Assembly (NCBI GenBank): GCA_002269645.1
Contig: NIVC01000542.1
Span: 248,001-312,000 of the forward strand
Direction: 5' to 3'
Source of the DNA: Macrostomum lignano
Taxonomy: Eukaryota
DNA length: 64,000 nucleotides
A program made the translations under genes and the position numbers. The notes below the pieces were generated by a model. The model did no database searches, was not told where the DNA came from, and saw only the letters and a program-made list of their open reading frames with translations. Shown piece by piece: positions 1 through 11,004 of the stretch. Every line of letters begins with the position of its first letter. The stretch's first letter is position 1.

Positions 1-128
1 CATTGCTCACACTGTGCAATTTGCTCATCAGCAGACAAGTTGCAGTGGAGCGGCGCCCCCTCAGCAGGCAGTTGAGCCAGCAGAAGCAGCAGGCAGGACA
101 GCAGGCGGGGGCGGGTCGGCGGCTGCAT
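1..128 (-). CDS. 5' part of a secreted protein (signal peptide), truncated by the window edge
   Basis: gccgccATG at 128 on the minus strand opens MQPPTRPRLLSCLLLLLAQLPAEGA-PLHCNLSADEQIAQCEQ..., a hydrophobic signal-peptide-like N-terminus, open to position 1. A 3' splice site (attcttacattcgcttcag|) lies at 178/177, upstream of the ATG. Not in the ORF track. Confidence 0.65.
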   Translation of the reverse strand, partial: MQPPTRPRLLSCLLLLLAQLPAEGAPLHCNLSADEQIAQCEQ

Positions 129-261
129 GGCGGCTACGGCTGCATCGGGGTGGGCCGGACCTCGAGCTGCCAGCTGGCTGAAGCGAATGTAAGAATGGCA
201 GTTAATTTGCCCGGCTGCTAACAATTATGAAAACTGATGACTTTTGAAGTTGGCCAGCCTT

Positions 262-676
262 AAATCTCGGGACTCTGGACTCTAGGATCAGCAGACAGGA
301 AATGAGGCAGCTTAAAATCTCGGGACTCTGGACTCTAGGATCAGCAGACAGGAAATGAGGCAGCTTAAAATCTCGGGACTGTTGACTCTGTGATCAGCAG
401 ACAGGAAATGAGGCAGCTTAAAGTCTCGGGACTGCGGTCTCTGTGATCAGCAGACAGGAAATGAGGCAGCTTAAAATCTCGGGACTGCGGTCTCTGTGAT
501 CAGCAGACAGGAAATGAGGCAGCTTAAAATCTCGAGACTGCGGACTCTGTGATCAGCAGACAGGAAATGAGGCAGCTTAAAGTCTCGGGACTGCGGTCTC
601 TGTGATCAGCAGACAGGAAATGAGGCAGCTTAAAGTCTCGGGACTGCGGACTCTGAGATCAGCAGACAGGAAATGA
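262..676. repeat. 53-bp tandem minisatellite, about 8 copies
   Basis: Unit tctcgggactctggactctaggatcagcagacaggaaatgaggcagcttaaaa recurs at 265, 318, 371, 424 and onward. Confidence 0.95.
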
Positions 677-1013
677 GCGAATCTCCGCAGCAGCTGACAG
701 GCGGGCAGCTCTCGTAGGATCAACAGCACAACAGGCAGTCTGTGGTGCATTGCATTTTAACTGATTGATTTATTGAAAGCAAATCACTGACAAAGCAGTG
801 CAAGAATGCCGAAAGTTCAGTACAAGAGAGATTAATTTGGAGTAAAAATACAATACTAATAGTTTAGTAAGCTTAGACAATTATAATTTCTTAGCCTTAA
901 TTAATGCACAATTCTTAACATAGGGAAAGCTTATTGCAGAGCCGGAGATAACTACAGAAAATGCAGAGCCGATGCCAACACTACTGTGAGTAGTATTATA
1001 TATTATCGCTGCT

Positions 1014-4000
1014 CTAATCGGCTGGCCGAATTCGCTTGGCCGGCGGCGGCCTGGCGGCGGCTGCTGCTACCTCCGCCGGGCTGAGGCGCTTCAGGCGCAC
1101 CAAGCACGGCCGGGTGTGCGACCGCAGCAGGTGGCAGGTGAGCGGCAGCCCCACCTGGAAGGTCTCCGGACAGGCGATGCACCTGGGGCGGGCGGTAAGT
1201 AGTTGGAGATCGTAAACGAGCTCAGGACTTTACGTTGCATCTCTCTGGGGTTTGACTTTTCTTATTGATTATTTTCATTCTATTATCTATAAATACTCCC
1301 CACTAATCATTAACCATAGATGAGTGTTAATTCATATTTCATCATTCGAAGTAATTAAAAATGAAAATAATGAAAAGCGGACAAAGCTACACTAACAGCA
1401 GGCAAGCAGGAAGGCAGCCTCACCTCTCTTTGTCAGTTGCGTGAGCAGAGAGCAGGTGCGCCACCCAGGCCTCCTTGCTGGGCAGCAGCGAGCCGTCCCT
1501 GGGGCAGCGATGGCAGCGGTAGCCGTGGCCCGAGGTCAGCATGTGGTCGCGCAGCTGCAGCTCAGTGGCAAAGCACCGGCTACAGGCTGGGCAGTCGTGC
1601 GGCGCCCGGCCCGCGCCAGGCCGCGGCGCGAAGGACACGGCGCTGGAGCCGAGGGAGACGATTAGGCCGTGGGCGGAGGCCAGATGGCGGAGCAGCTGCC
1701 CGGCGGCGCCAGCGGAAGCCACACAGAGCGGACAGACGCCGCGGTTGATGAGAGAGCGCAGCTCGCGCGGGTGCCGCTCGGCCAGGTGGCCCAGCAGGTG
1801 ATGGCGCGCCAAGTCGAAGGGCCGCTGGCAGAAGGCGCAGACCCGGCCGATGGGGCAGCCGCCGCCAGCCGACCGATGAGCCCGGAGGCCGCGTCGGGTG
1901 ACGAAGCCGCGGCCGCAGTCCGGACAGGCGGAGCCGCAGCCGGCGGTGATGGCGGCGGCCACCCGCGCCTGCAGCTGCGGCGACTGCTCGGCGCTGCCTC
2001 CGCCGAGAGCGTCGGGGTGCGCGGCGGCCAGGTGCTTGGCGAGGGCGGAGGCGGAGGCGCACAGACCGTTGCACAGCTCGCAATGGATGGCAGTCGAACT
2101 GCCGCGGTCCCGCAGCGGAGCAGCGATGAGAGGCGCAAAGGAGCCGAGGGGTGCCGGCCTGCGGGGATTTGAGTCGGCTTAGTGTGCAATTTGGGATTGA
2201 CGCACAGATTCTTGGGCCTGCTGGCGCTGTGTGACACCAAGGCGAAGGAGAGAGCATTCACTGCCTGACGATGTTTACAATTTTAGGCATTGTATGTACA
2301 TGCCCTGGGCTATAAAAAAACAAAGTTGGAACTTGCAGTGATTGAAATGTCGCGGGTTTTGGCAGTTGAAAGCAAAGTTATGCATAGACTGCAGTCCGCT
2401 GTAATTTTTTGAACGAACTGACAACAGATTCATCGAATTACCCAGAAAGAGCGGAGTCTCCGACTCTACTGCACTCAATTCGTGTACCCTTTGAGTCATC
2501 TTTCAACCCAGCTCAACTCTAGTAGCTCGGATGCTGGGATCTTTAAGAAGCAGACAGGACTTTCAAATCTTACCTGGAGCTGAACAGGCCGTCGGGTCGT
2601 CCTACAGACTGCTGACTCTGCTGTATCTGTTGCTGGGCCGGTTTCACCTGCTGCACTTTCAGAGGCCCAGCGGCCGCAGTGGCAGCAGCGGAGGCCGCGG
2701 CAGGAGCGGCGACAGGCAATGGGCGGTAGCTGCCCTTTGGCATGACAATTTGGCGTCCGCGGAAGACGCCGGGCTCGAGGCGGCCGTGCAGTTCGGACAC
2801 GCCGAACCTGTGCAGGCTGTCCAGGCGCAGGCAGCAGTTCAGGTCGGCGCCGTCCGGCGACAGCAGCGCGGGGTGGCCGGCGGAGGCGGCGGCCGCGGTG
2901 CAGACGGGCAAGTGGCGGTAGAAGACAGCCGGCGTAGCGGCGCCGAAGCAGCAGAAGGTGCAGGCGTAAGCAGGCGGCTTGTCCTCGGGCAGGCCAACCA
3001 GGCAGTGCATTCGGCTCATGTGCTGCCTGCAATGCCGGCACAGAATTAGCCAAGCCTGCTCTGCTCGCGAAATAAATGGGTTTTTAAAGTCTCCCCCGGT
3101 CTCATGGAGATTGGGGTAGTTGTGGGTCGCCCCACAGTCTCATGGGGAGATTGGGGTAGTTGTGGGTCACCCCCACAGTCTCATGGGGAGATTGGGGTAG
3201 TTGTGGGTCGCCCCCACAGTCTCATGGGGAGATTGGGGTAGTTGTGGGTCACCCCCACAGTCTCATGGGGAGATTGGGACAGTTGTGGGTCGCCCCTACA
3301 GTCTCATGAGATTGGGACAGTTGTGGGTCACCCCTACAGTCTCATGAGATTGGGACAGTTGTGGGTCACCCCACAGTCTCATGAAGATTGGGACAGTTGT
3401 GGGTCACCCCTACAGTCTCATGAGATTGGGACAGTTGTGGGTCACCCCACAGTCTCATGAAGATTGGGACAGTTGTGGGTCACCCCTACAGTCTCATGAG
3501 ATTGGGACAGTTGTGGGTCACCCCTACAGTCTCATGGAGATTGGGACAGTTGTGGGTCACCCCACAGTCTCATGAGATTGGGACAGTTGTGGGTCACCCC
3601 TACAGTCTCATGGAGATTGGGACAGTTGTGGGTCACCCCACAGTCTCATGAGATTGGGACAGTTGTGGGTCACCCCTACAGTCTCATGGAGATTGGGACA
3701 GTTGTGGGTCACCCCATAGTCTCATGAGATTGGGGTAGAACATGTGGGTCACATAATTTGGCTGCCAGTGACAATTCACAGCCAAATTTCATTGCCAGTG
3801 ATAACAGACTGTAAGACAGCTGACTATAAAGAATTTGATATTTTGACAGTGAGTTTTGCTCTCAATTTCTTGGTTGGATCAATGGATGCAAAGGACCTGG
3901 CTCTAGGCAGCAGTGCTCCATTGAATCGGTAACCATTGATAGCAGTGTGCAATCTGGGGCAATCTGCAGCCAAATTTCAGAATTTCGGTTCATATAAACT

Positions 4001-5180
4001 TCACGCTGCGAAAACAGCATCTTCGTAACTTTTTCATGCGCTAAATCTTAACTAGCAGCTTGTTGGGCCTTTCAGTAGCAGCGGCCTTCAGGCATTCAAG
4101 GCGCATACAAGATGCATGCCCTCACAATCCCCAGATCGCGCACCTGAATGCCTGCGCATCCCTGGTCCCGTAGCGGTCCAGCGCGCAGGAGTAAACTCCG
4201 TCATCGCTGAGGTGGCCCCGCTGGTAGTGCAGCAGCACTGACAGCTCTGTGTCGCCGCGGAACGAGCACGAGTGGCAGCGGAATTTAAAGGACGCTAGCA
4301 GGTGGTCGACACTCGGCAGATCGGCCAGCTGCTCCGCCTCCGCGGTCGCGTCCGCCTCCTCGCCTTCCTTGTCTTCCGCGTAGGCGGTCCGCACCAACGC
4401 CAGCCCGGTGTCGAACAGGAAGCGCGCAGTCGGCCGCAGCTGCTCGACGCCACTGGCGCCCGCGGGCTCTGCCGCCACCAGCTGCAGCCGCTTCTGGTGC
4501 ACGAACAGGTCGCCAGCCCGGTGCGGCACCTGGCTGTAATTCAGCACCACCATGTCGGAGTCCGGCCTCAGACCCGCTTCGCCTTCGCTGAGCACCTGCG
4601 GCCCGGGGCACGCCGGACGCGACTGAAGATTGGGCGCCCGGGGCCTTGTTGCTGCTGCAGGTTGGGGATGCTGGCGCTGCTGATGCTGAAATTGCTGGAT
4701 TGGCCGCTGAGGATACTGGAGTTGCCGCTGATAATACTGAGGACGTTGGAGTGGCCGCTGCTCAGGATGCTGGAGTGGCCGCTGCTCAGGATGCTGGAGT
4801 GGCCGCTGCTCAGGATGCTGGAGTGGCCGCTGCTCAGGATGCTGGGTCAGCCACTGCTGTTGATGCTGAATGGGCCGCAAAGGAGTTCCCGCAATCGCAG
4901 ACGGGGCAGCAGAGGCAAACGGAATCCACGGCAGTGGAATAGGCGGCCTCGAGTGGAGAGGTTTGTGCGCATTGCACGGAGGCGCTGGCATGGCCAGCGT
5001 GGCGGAGCTGGTGGCGGACTTCAGCAAGCCTGGCTGTTGGTGCTGGTTCAGTTGGCCTTGCGGCTGGTAGAACTGCTGCATGGAGAGCTGCTGGTACCAC
5101 TGCTGCTGTTGCTGCTGCTGCTGCTGCAGACTCGCCGCTTGCTGGCCAGAGATGCCCAGCCAAGGCTGCTGCTGCTGCAT
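1014..5180 (-). CDS. Q/P-rich multi-zinc-finger (C2H2/C2HC) protein, about 797 aa, 4 coding exons
   Basis: Exons 5180-4144, 3026-2574, 2158-1424 and 1182-1014. All junctions are GT-AG and phase-2 compatible; total 2,394 nt. About 10 fingers, e.g. CHSC..H..H, CELC..HLAAAH, CPAC..HMLTSGH, CIAC..HLLRSH. N-terminal poly-Q and HPEQRPLQ repeats; basic C-terminal PAKRIRP; AATAAA on the minus strand near 770. Confidence 0.85.
3100..3735. repeat. Intronic ~38-bp minisatellite
   Basis: Unit gtctcatgagattgggacagttgtgggtcacccctaca (37-41 bp variants) fills the intron between zinc-finger exons 1 and 2. Confidence 0.95.
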
Positions 5181-5748
5181 TGGGTCTCTGCTGATAATAG
5201 CGGTCAGAACCCAGGAAGTGGTCAGTGCATGAAAGCAGGTGAACATTTTTTAGCTTATCATTGACAGACAAATCAATGAGCACTGGCTGTGTTCCTTTTG
5301 CTGGCTTCGATGACAAGTAAAAATAGTGATGGGCATTGGAGCTAATAGAATTTTGAAATAAGCTAATAATTTTTCTAAACTTCCTAAATTCATATTTACT
5401 CTAAGTAGTTCTATTAGCTACATTTTTAGAACTGATTTTAGAATGATAGATGAGGGCACTAAGAACACAAGGTTGATGGTATTTTTATTATTTTGCTAAA
5501 TAAGCTACGAATTTATTTTAGTTTAACTAAAAAACATTTCTTGACCAGTCAATCAGAAAATATATGCAATAGGTTTGGGTTAACATAGTCCTTCTGCCCA
5601 ATATCAATGATCTGGTCTGGGATGGATTGAAGGCTTCTATTCTAGGTTTGCTCTCCTGCCTTATTTGCACCTGATCTGGTCAGTGCAGAGTTATTATGTT
5701 GCCTGTTTCTTTTGTGCAATGTGATGTTCCTGCTTCAACCAGGAGCAC

Positions 5749-6134
5749 AAGAATTGCCCATAGACAAATTGCCTACCAAGATTTGCCTGCAGGAGATTTG
5801 CCTGTAGGAGATTTGCCTGCAAAGCAATTTGTCCACAAGTGAATTGCCTATGAAGTTTTTCTTGCCAAGGTTTGCCCATAGGCCTACAATGTTTTTTTCT
5901 TATAGCACATTTAGCCACATGGCAGATTTGTCTGCATTGCCTCCCCATTGCTTATTAAGTCTTAATAAAGGGATTTAACCTAAATGTGCTATGGGAAAAA
6001 GCATGCAGACAAATCTTGGTAGGGAATTTGCTTGCAGGCAATTAATTGAGAGCAAATTGCACTGCAGGCAAAGCTTAATGGGCAAATCTTAATAGGCAAA
6101 TCTTGGTAGTCAACTTGTCTATAGGTCAATTCTT
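5749..6134. mobile_element. Foldback/MITE-like imperfect inverted repeat, ~385 bp
   Basis: aagaattgcccatagacaaattgcctaccaagatttgcct (5749) is the near reverse complement of aggcaaatcttggtagtcaacttgtctataggtcaattctt (ending 6134). An inner pair tatagcacatttag / ctaaatgtgctatg also matches. Confidence 0.6.
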
Positions 6135-6269
6135 ATAGACCCAATTCAACTATCATTTGCTTAATAGATCTGAATCATCTAGTATAGCAGTCAACATGAT
6201 TTTGTTTGAAGGCATTTTAATTTTAAAGTGCTTTCAAATAAATAGTATTAATTTTACAATTTATTTCAA

Positions 6270-6499
6270 ATCAAAAGAGCTGCTTGACCTTTGCAAAAAA
6301 AGCATATTTTTTTATATTTAATACCTTTAGCATCAAGCAATTTCTTAGCCACATTGTATATACTGTTACAAAACAATTTCTGATTGAACAATGCAAGTTC
6401 AGAAAAATTGGTTGAGCCATTTTTGCTAAAATGGATTGCATACCTACCTAGATAGATAGATAGATACTTATTACTGACAGACCATTTTTAGTATATGGA
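6270..6499 (-). mobile_element. 5'-terminal fragment of a non-autonomous Helitron-like element
   Basis: About 230 bp homologous to 10788-11004. Ends ...catacctacctagataga...tttttagtatatgga|t, i.e. A|TCC on the minus strand. No matching CTAG/hairpin end was found. Confidence 0.55.
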
Positions 6500-6889
6500 T
6501 TGTTGTACACTTGTAATATATCAATTTTTTTTAAAATATCTTTTTTATAAATTGCCAATTTTATTGATTAGGTTCTTTTCCACTCTTATTAAATTGTAGA
6601 ATTATAAGACAATAGTTAGAATTTCTTTAAAACTATCTTAGCTAATAAATATAAAAAAAATATAAAGAAATATAAAAAAGCCACAAATAAAATCAATCCA
6701 TTTCAAACATAATAAAAATAAATTATATGCCACTTTTGCCAGAAAATCTCTATTCTAAGTGAAAGTAAATAGCATGATACTAGCAATCTTTGCCCCCAAT
6801 GGGGGACATCTGGATAGAATCCTTGTTCTTTACAAATAACAAATAGACAGCGAAATAAAGTCTTCATAAAAAACAACAGACATTCCCTC

Positions 6890-7360
6890 TTAAAAACAAA
6901 ACATCCCAAGACAGCAAGCATCCTCAGACAGCATTCAAGCATTGATCCCCAAATAGCAAGCATCCCCCAGACTGCAAGCATCCCCCCGATAGCAAGCAAC
7001 CCTCAATAGCAAGCAACCCTAGATAGCAAACATCCCCCCAATAGCAAGCAACCCCAGATAGCAACCATTCCCCAGATAGCAAGCATCCCCCAGATAGCAA
7101 GCATCCCCCAGATAGCAAGCATCCCCCAGACCACAAGAAACCCCAGATAGCAAGCATAACCTGGATACAAAGAGACCTTATAGATACCTAGCAACCCCCT
7201 CTCAGAAAGCAAGTACCCTCCACCCCCCCAAGAGCAAGCATCTCCCAATAGCAAGTTACCCCAGTAGCAAGCATCCTTCCAATAGCAAGTATCCCCCTGA
7301 TAGCAAGTATCCATCCTTAAATAGCAAGCATCCACTAGAGAACAAGTAGCTAGTGCAACA
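6890..7360. repeat. 18-bp degenerate minisatellite
   Basis: Unit gatagcaagcatccccca, e.g. at 7075, 7093, 7111. Confidence 0.9.
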
Positions 7361-7379
7361 ATATCCTTAGCTTTGTAAT

Positions 7380-10300
7380 GGCTCCATTTTGTTTGGCATG
7401 ACACTTCTTTTTATGTTTGAAATGGTGTCTCTTTTATTTTTGAAATGGTGGCTCTTTAATGTTTGACATGGAGTCACTTATATGTTTCACATTGTGGCTC
7501 TTTGATGTTCGACATGGTGGCTCTTTTATGTCTGACATGATGGCTCTTTTATGTCTTACATGATGGCTCTTTAATGTTCAACATGGTGGCTCTTTAATAT
7601 TTTACATGGTGGCTCTTCTATGTTTGACATGGAGTCACGTATATGTTGGACATGGTGACTCCCTTATGTGTGGCATGGTGTCTCTTTTATGTTTAATGTT
7701 TGACATGGTAGCTCTTTATTGTTTGACATGGTGGCTTTTTAAAGTTCGACATGGTGGCTCTTTTATGTTTGACATAAAGTCACATATATGTTTTACATAG
7801 TGGCTCTCTTATGTTTGACATGGTAGCTCTTTAATGTTCGACATGCTGGCTCTTTAATGTTTGACATGGTGGCACTCTAATGTGTTTACATGGTGCCTCT
7901 TTTATGTCCTACATGATGGCTCTTTAATGTTCGACATGGTGGCTCTTTAATGTTCAACATGGTGGCTCTTTAATGTTGATATGGTGGCTTTTAAATGTCT
8001 GACATGGTGGTTCAAATATGTTTGACATGGTGGTTCTAATATGTTTGACATGGTGGCTCTTTAATTTTTGAAATGGTGGCTCTTTTATGTTTGACATGGT
8101 GGCTCTTTAATGTTCGAAATGGTGGCTCTTTAATGTTTGAAATAGTGGCTCCTTAATGTTTGACATGGTGGCTCTATTATGTTAGATATGGTGGCTTTTT
8201 TAGGTTTAACATGATGGCTCTTTAATGTTTGACACTGTGGCTCTTTTAGCTTTGACATGGTGGCTCTCAAATGTTAGACATTGTGGCTCTTTAATGTTTG
8301 ACATGGTGGCTCTTTAATGTTCTTCATGGTGGCTCTTTTATGTTTGACATGGTGGCTCTTTTATGTTTGACATGGAGTCACGGATATGTTTGTCATGGAG
8401 TCACGTATATGTTTTACATGGTGGCTCCTAAATGTTTGACATGGTGGCTCTTTAATGTTCTTCATGGTGGCTCTTTTATGTTTGACATGGTGGCTCCTTT
8501 ATGTTTGACATGGAGTCACGGATATCTTTGTCATGGAGTCACATATATGTTTTACATGGTGGCTCTTAAATGTTTGACATGGTGGCTCTTTTATGTTTGA
8601 CATGGAGTCACGGATATGTTTGTCATGGAGTCACGTATATGTTTTACATGGTGGCTCCTAAATGTTTGACATGGTGGCTCTTTAATGTTCTTCATGGTGG
8701 CTCTTTTATGTTTGACATGGTGGCTCTTTTATGTTTGACATGGAGTCACGGATATGTTTGTCATGGAGTCACGTATATGTTTTACATGGTGGCTCCTAAA
8801 TGTTTGACATGGTGGCTCTTTAATGTTCTTCATGGTGGCTCTTTTATGTTTGACATGGTGGCTCCTTTATGTTTGACATGGAGTCACGGATATCTTTGTC
8901 ATGGAGTCACATATATGTTTTACATGGTGGCTCTTAAATGTTTGACATGGTGGCTCTTTTATGTTTGACATGGAGTCACGGATATGTTTGTCATGGAGTC
9001 ACGTATATGTTTTACATGGTGGCTCCTAAATGTTTGACATGGTGGCTCTTTAATGTTCTTCATGGTGGCTCTTTTATGTTTGACATGGTGGCTCTTTTAT
9101 GTTTGACATGGAGTCATGGATATGTTTGTCATGGAGTCACGTATATGTTTTACATGGTGGCTCCTAAATGTTTGACATGGTGGCTCTTTAATGTTCTTCA
9201 TGGTGGCTCTTTTATGTTTGACATGGTGGCTCCTTTATGTTTGACATGGAGTCACGGATATCTTTGTCATGGAGTCACATATATGTTTTACATGGTGGCT
9301 CTTAAATGTTTGACATGGTGGCTCTTTTATGTTTGACATGGAGTCACGGATATGTTTGTCATGGAGTCACGTATATGTTTTACATGGTGGCTCCTAAATG
9401 TTTGACATGGTGGCTCTTTAATGTTCTTCATGGTGGCTCTTTTATGTTTGACATGGTGGCTCCTTTATGTTTGACATGGAGTCACGGATATCTTTGTCAT
9501 GGAGTCACATATATGTTTTACATGGTGGCTCTTAAATGTTTGACATGGTGGCTCTTTTATGTTTGACATGGAGTCACGGATATGTTTGTCATGGAGTCAC
9601 GTATATGTTTTACATGGTGGCTCCTAAATGTTTGACATGGTGGCTCTTTAATGTTCTTCATGGTGGCTCTTTTATGTTTGACATGGTGGCTCTTTTATGT
9701 TTGACATGGAGTCACATATATGTTTTACATGGTGGCTCTTAAATGTTTGACATGGTGGCTCTTTAATGTTCGAAATGGTGGCTCTTTTATGTTTGACATG
9801 GTGGCTCTTTTATGTTTGACATGGAGTCACGTATATGTTTGTCATGGAGTCACATATATGTTTTACATGGTCGCGCTCTTAAATGTTTGACATGGTGGCT
9901 CTTTAATGTTCTTCATGGTGGCTCTTTTATGTTTGACATGGTGGCTCTTTTATGTTTGACATGGAGTCATGGATATGTTTGACATAGTGGCTCTTTAATG
10001 TTTGACATGGTGCTCTTAAAATATTTGACATGGTGGCTCTTTATTGCTCGACATAGTGGCTATTTAATGTTCTTCATGGTGGCTCTTTAATGTTTGACAT
10101 GGGAGTTCTTTTATGTTTGAAATAGTGGCTCTTTTATGTTTGGCATGGTGGCTCTTTAATGTTCGATATGGTGGCCCTTTTATGTTTAACATGGTGGCTC
10201 TTTTATATTTTGTATGGTGGCTCTTTGATGTTTGACATGGTGGCTCTTTTTTGTTTGGCATGGTGGCTCTTTTATGTTCGACATGGTGGCTCTTTTATAT

Positions 10301-10420
10301 GTGACATGGTGGCTCTTTTATTTTTGACATGGTGGCTCTTTAATGTTTAACATGGTGGCTCTTTAATGTTCAACATGGTGGCTCTTCTATGTTTGACATT
10401 GCGCTTTTTTATGTTTAGCA
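7380..10420. repeat. 23-bp satellite array with higher-order structure
   Basis: Unit tgtttgacatggtggctctttaa. The centre (about 8300-9750) is built from 138-bp (6-mer) and 92-bp (4-mer) blocks, giving 368- and 230-bp periods (identical spurious ORFs at 8570/8938/9306/9536). Confidence 0.95.
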
Positions 10421-10461
10421 TTTTGTTTTTTTTAAGTGTTTTAATAAAAAAATTATTTTGC

Positions 10462-10524
10462 ACTACTAAGATTCGAACCTAGGTCGCTACATTAGTAGTC
10501 CAGTTTTTTCGCATCTTGGCTATC
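10462..10524 (-). pseudogene. Degenerate tRNA-like / SINE-head sequence
   Basis: The minus strand reads gatagccaagatg...ctggactactaatgtagcgacctaggttcgaatcttagt: an A-box-like TAGCCAAG and a B-box/T-loop GGTTCGAATC at tRNA-like spacing, with imperfect stems. Confidence 0.3.
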
Positions 10525-11004
10525 TCTTTTCAATTGGAGAACATGAATTGTGGCCCTTATAATTCAATTCTTATAGCAAGTCGGTTAAATTAAAAAGTTA
10601 TGACATAATCAATTTCTCAGTCAGCCAGTATCAGTCTCAATTCAAGTTAGCAATGTGGTTACGCAATTACAATCAAGTCTTGTGTGCATTTTTCGACACT
10701 GTTTTCATCTTGTTGTGATGCAATCTTTATCAGAATTGAAATTCAGTCAGTTAGTTTTTTCTCTAGCATTTTTACAATGCATTTCAGGTCAAAAGAGCTA
10801 CTTGACCTTTGCAAAAAAGCATGTTTTTTGAATATTTAATCCCTTTAAAATTGAGCAATTTCTTAGCCAAGATGCATGTACCGTCCCAGGAAAATTTCTG
10901 ATCAAATGGTGCAAGTTTGAAGAAAATCAGTTGAGCCATTTTTTCTGAAATCTATCGCATACCTACCTACCCACATACAGACAACTCATTTTTAGTATAT
11001 AGGA

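Larger units (their letters stand above)
6780..11004 (-). mobile_element. Non-autonomous Helitron-like element containing two satellite arrays
   Basis: The minus strand reads 5'-TCCTATATAC... at 11004 and ends with a ccccc-aat-ggggg hairpin (6793-6805) about 10 nt before CTAG|T (6783-6779). A microsatellite-like block (catacctacc/acatacagac) lies near the 5' end. No RepHel ORF. Confidence 0.65.

Noticed and set aside
4302-5264. 320-aa plus-strand ORF and similar GC-rich antisense ORFs over exons
   Set aside because: They are antisense shadows of GC-rich minus-strand exons whose splice phases and domains are coherent.
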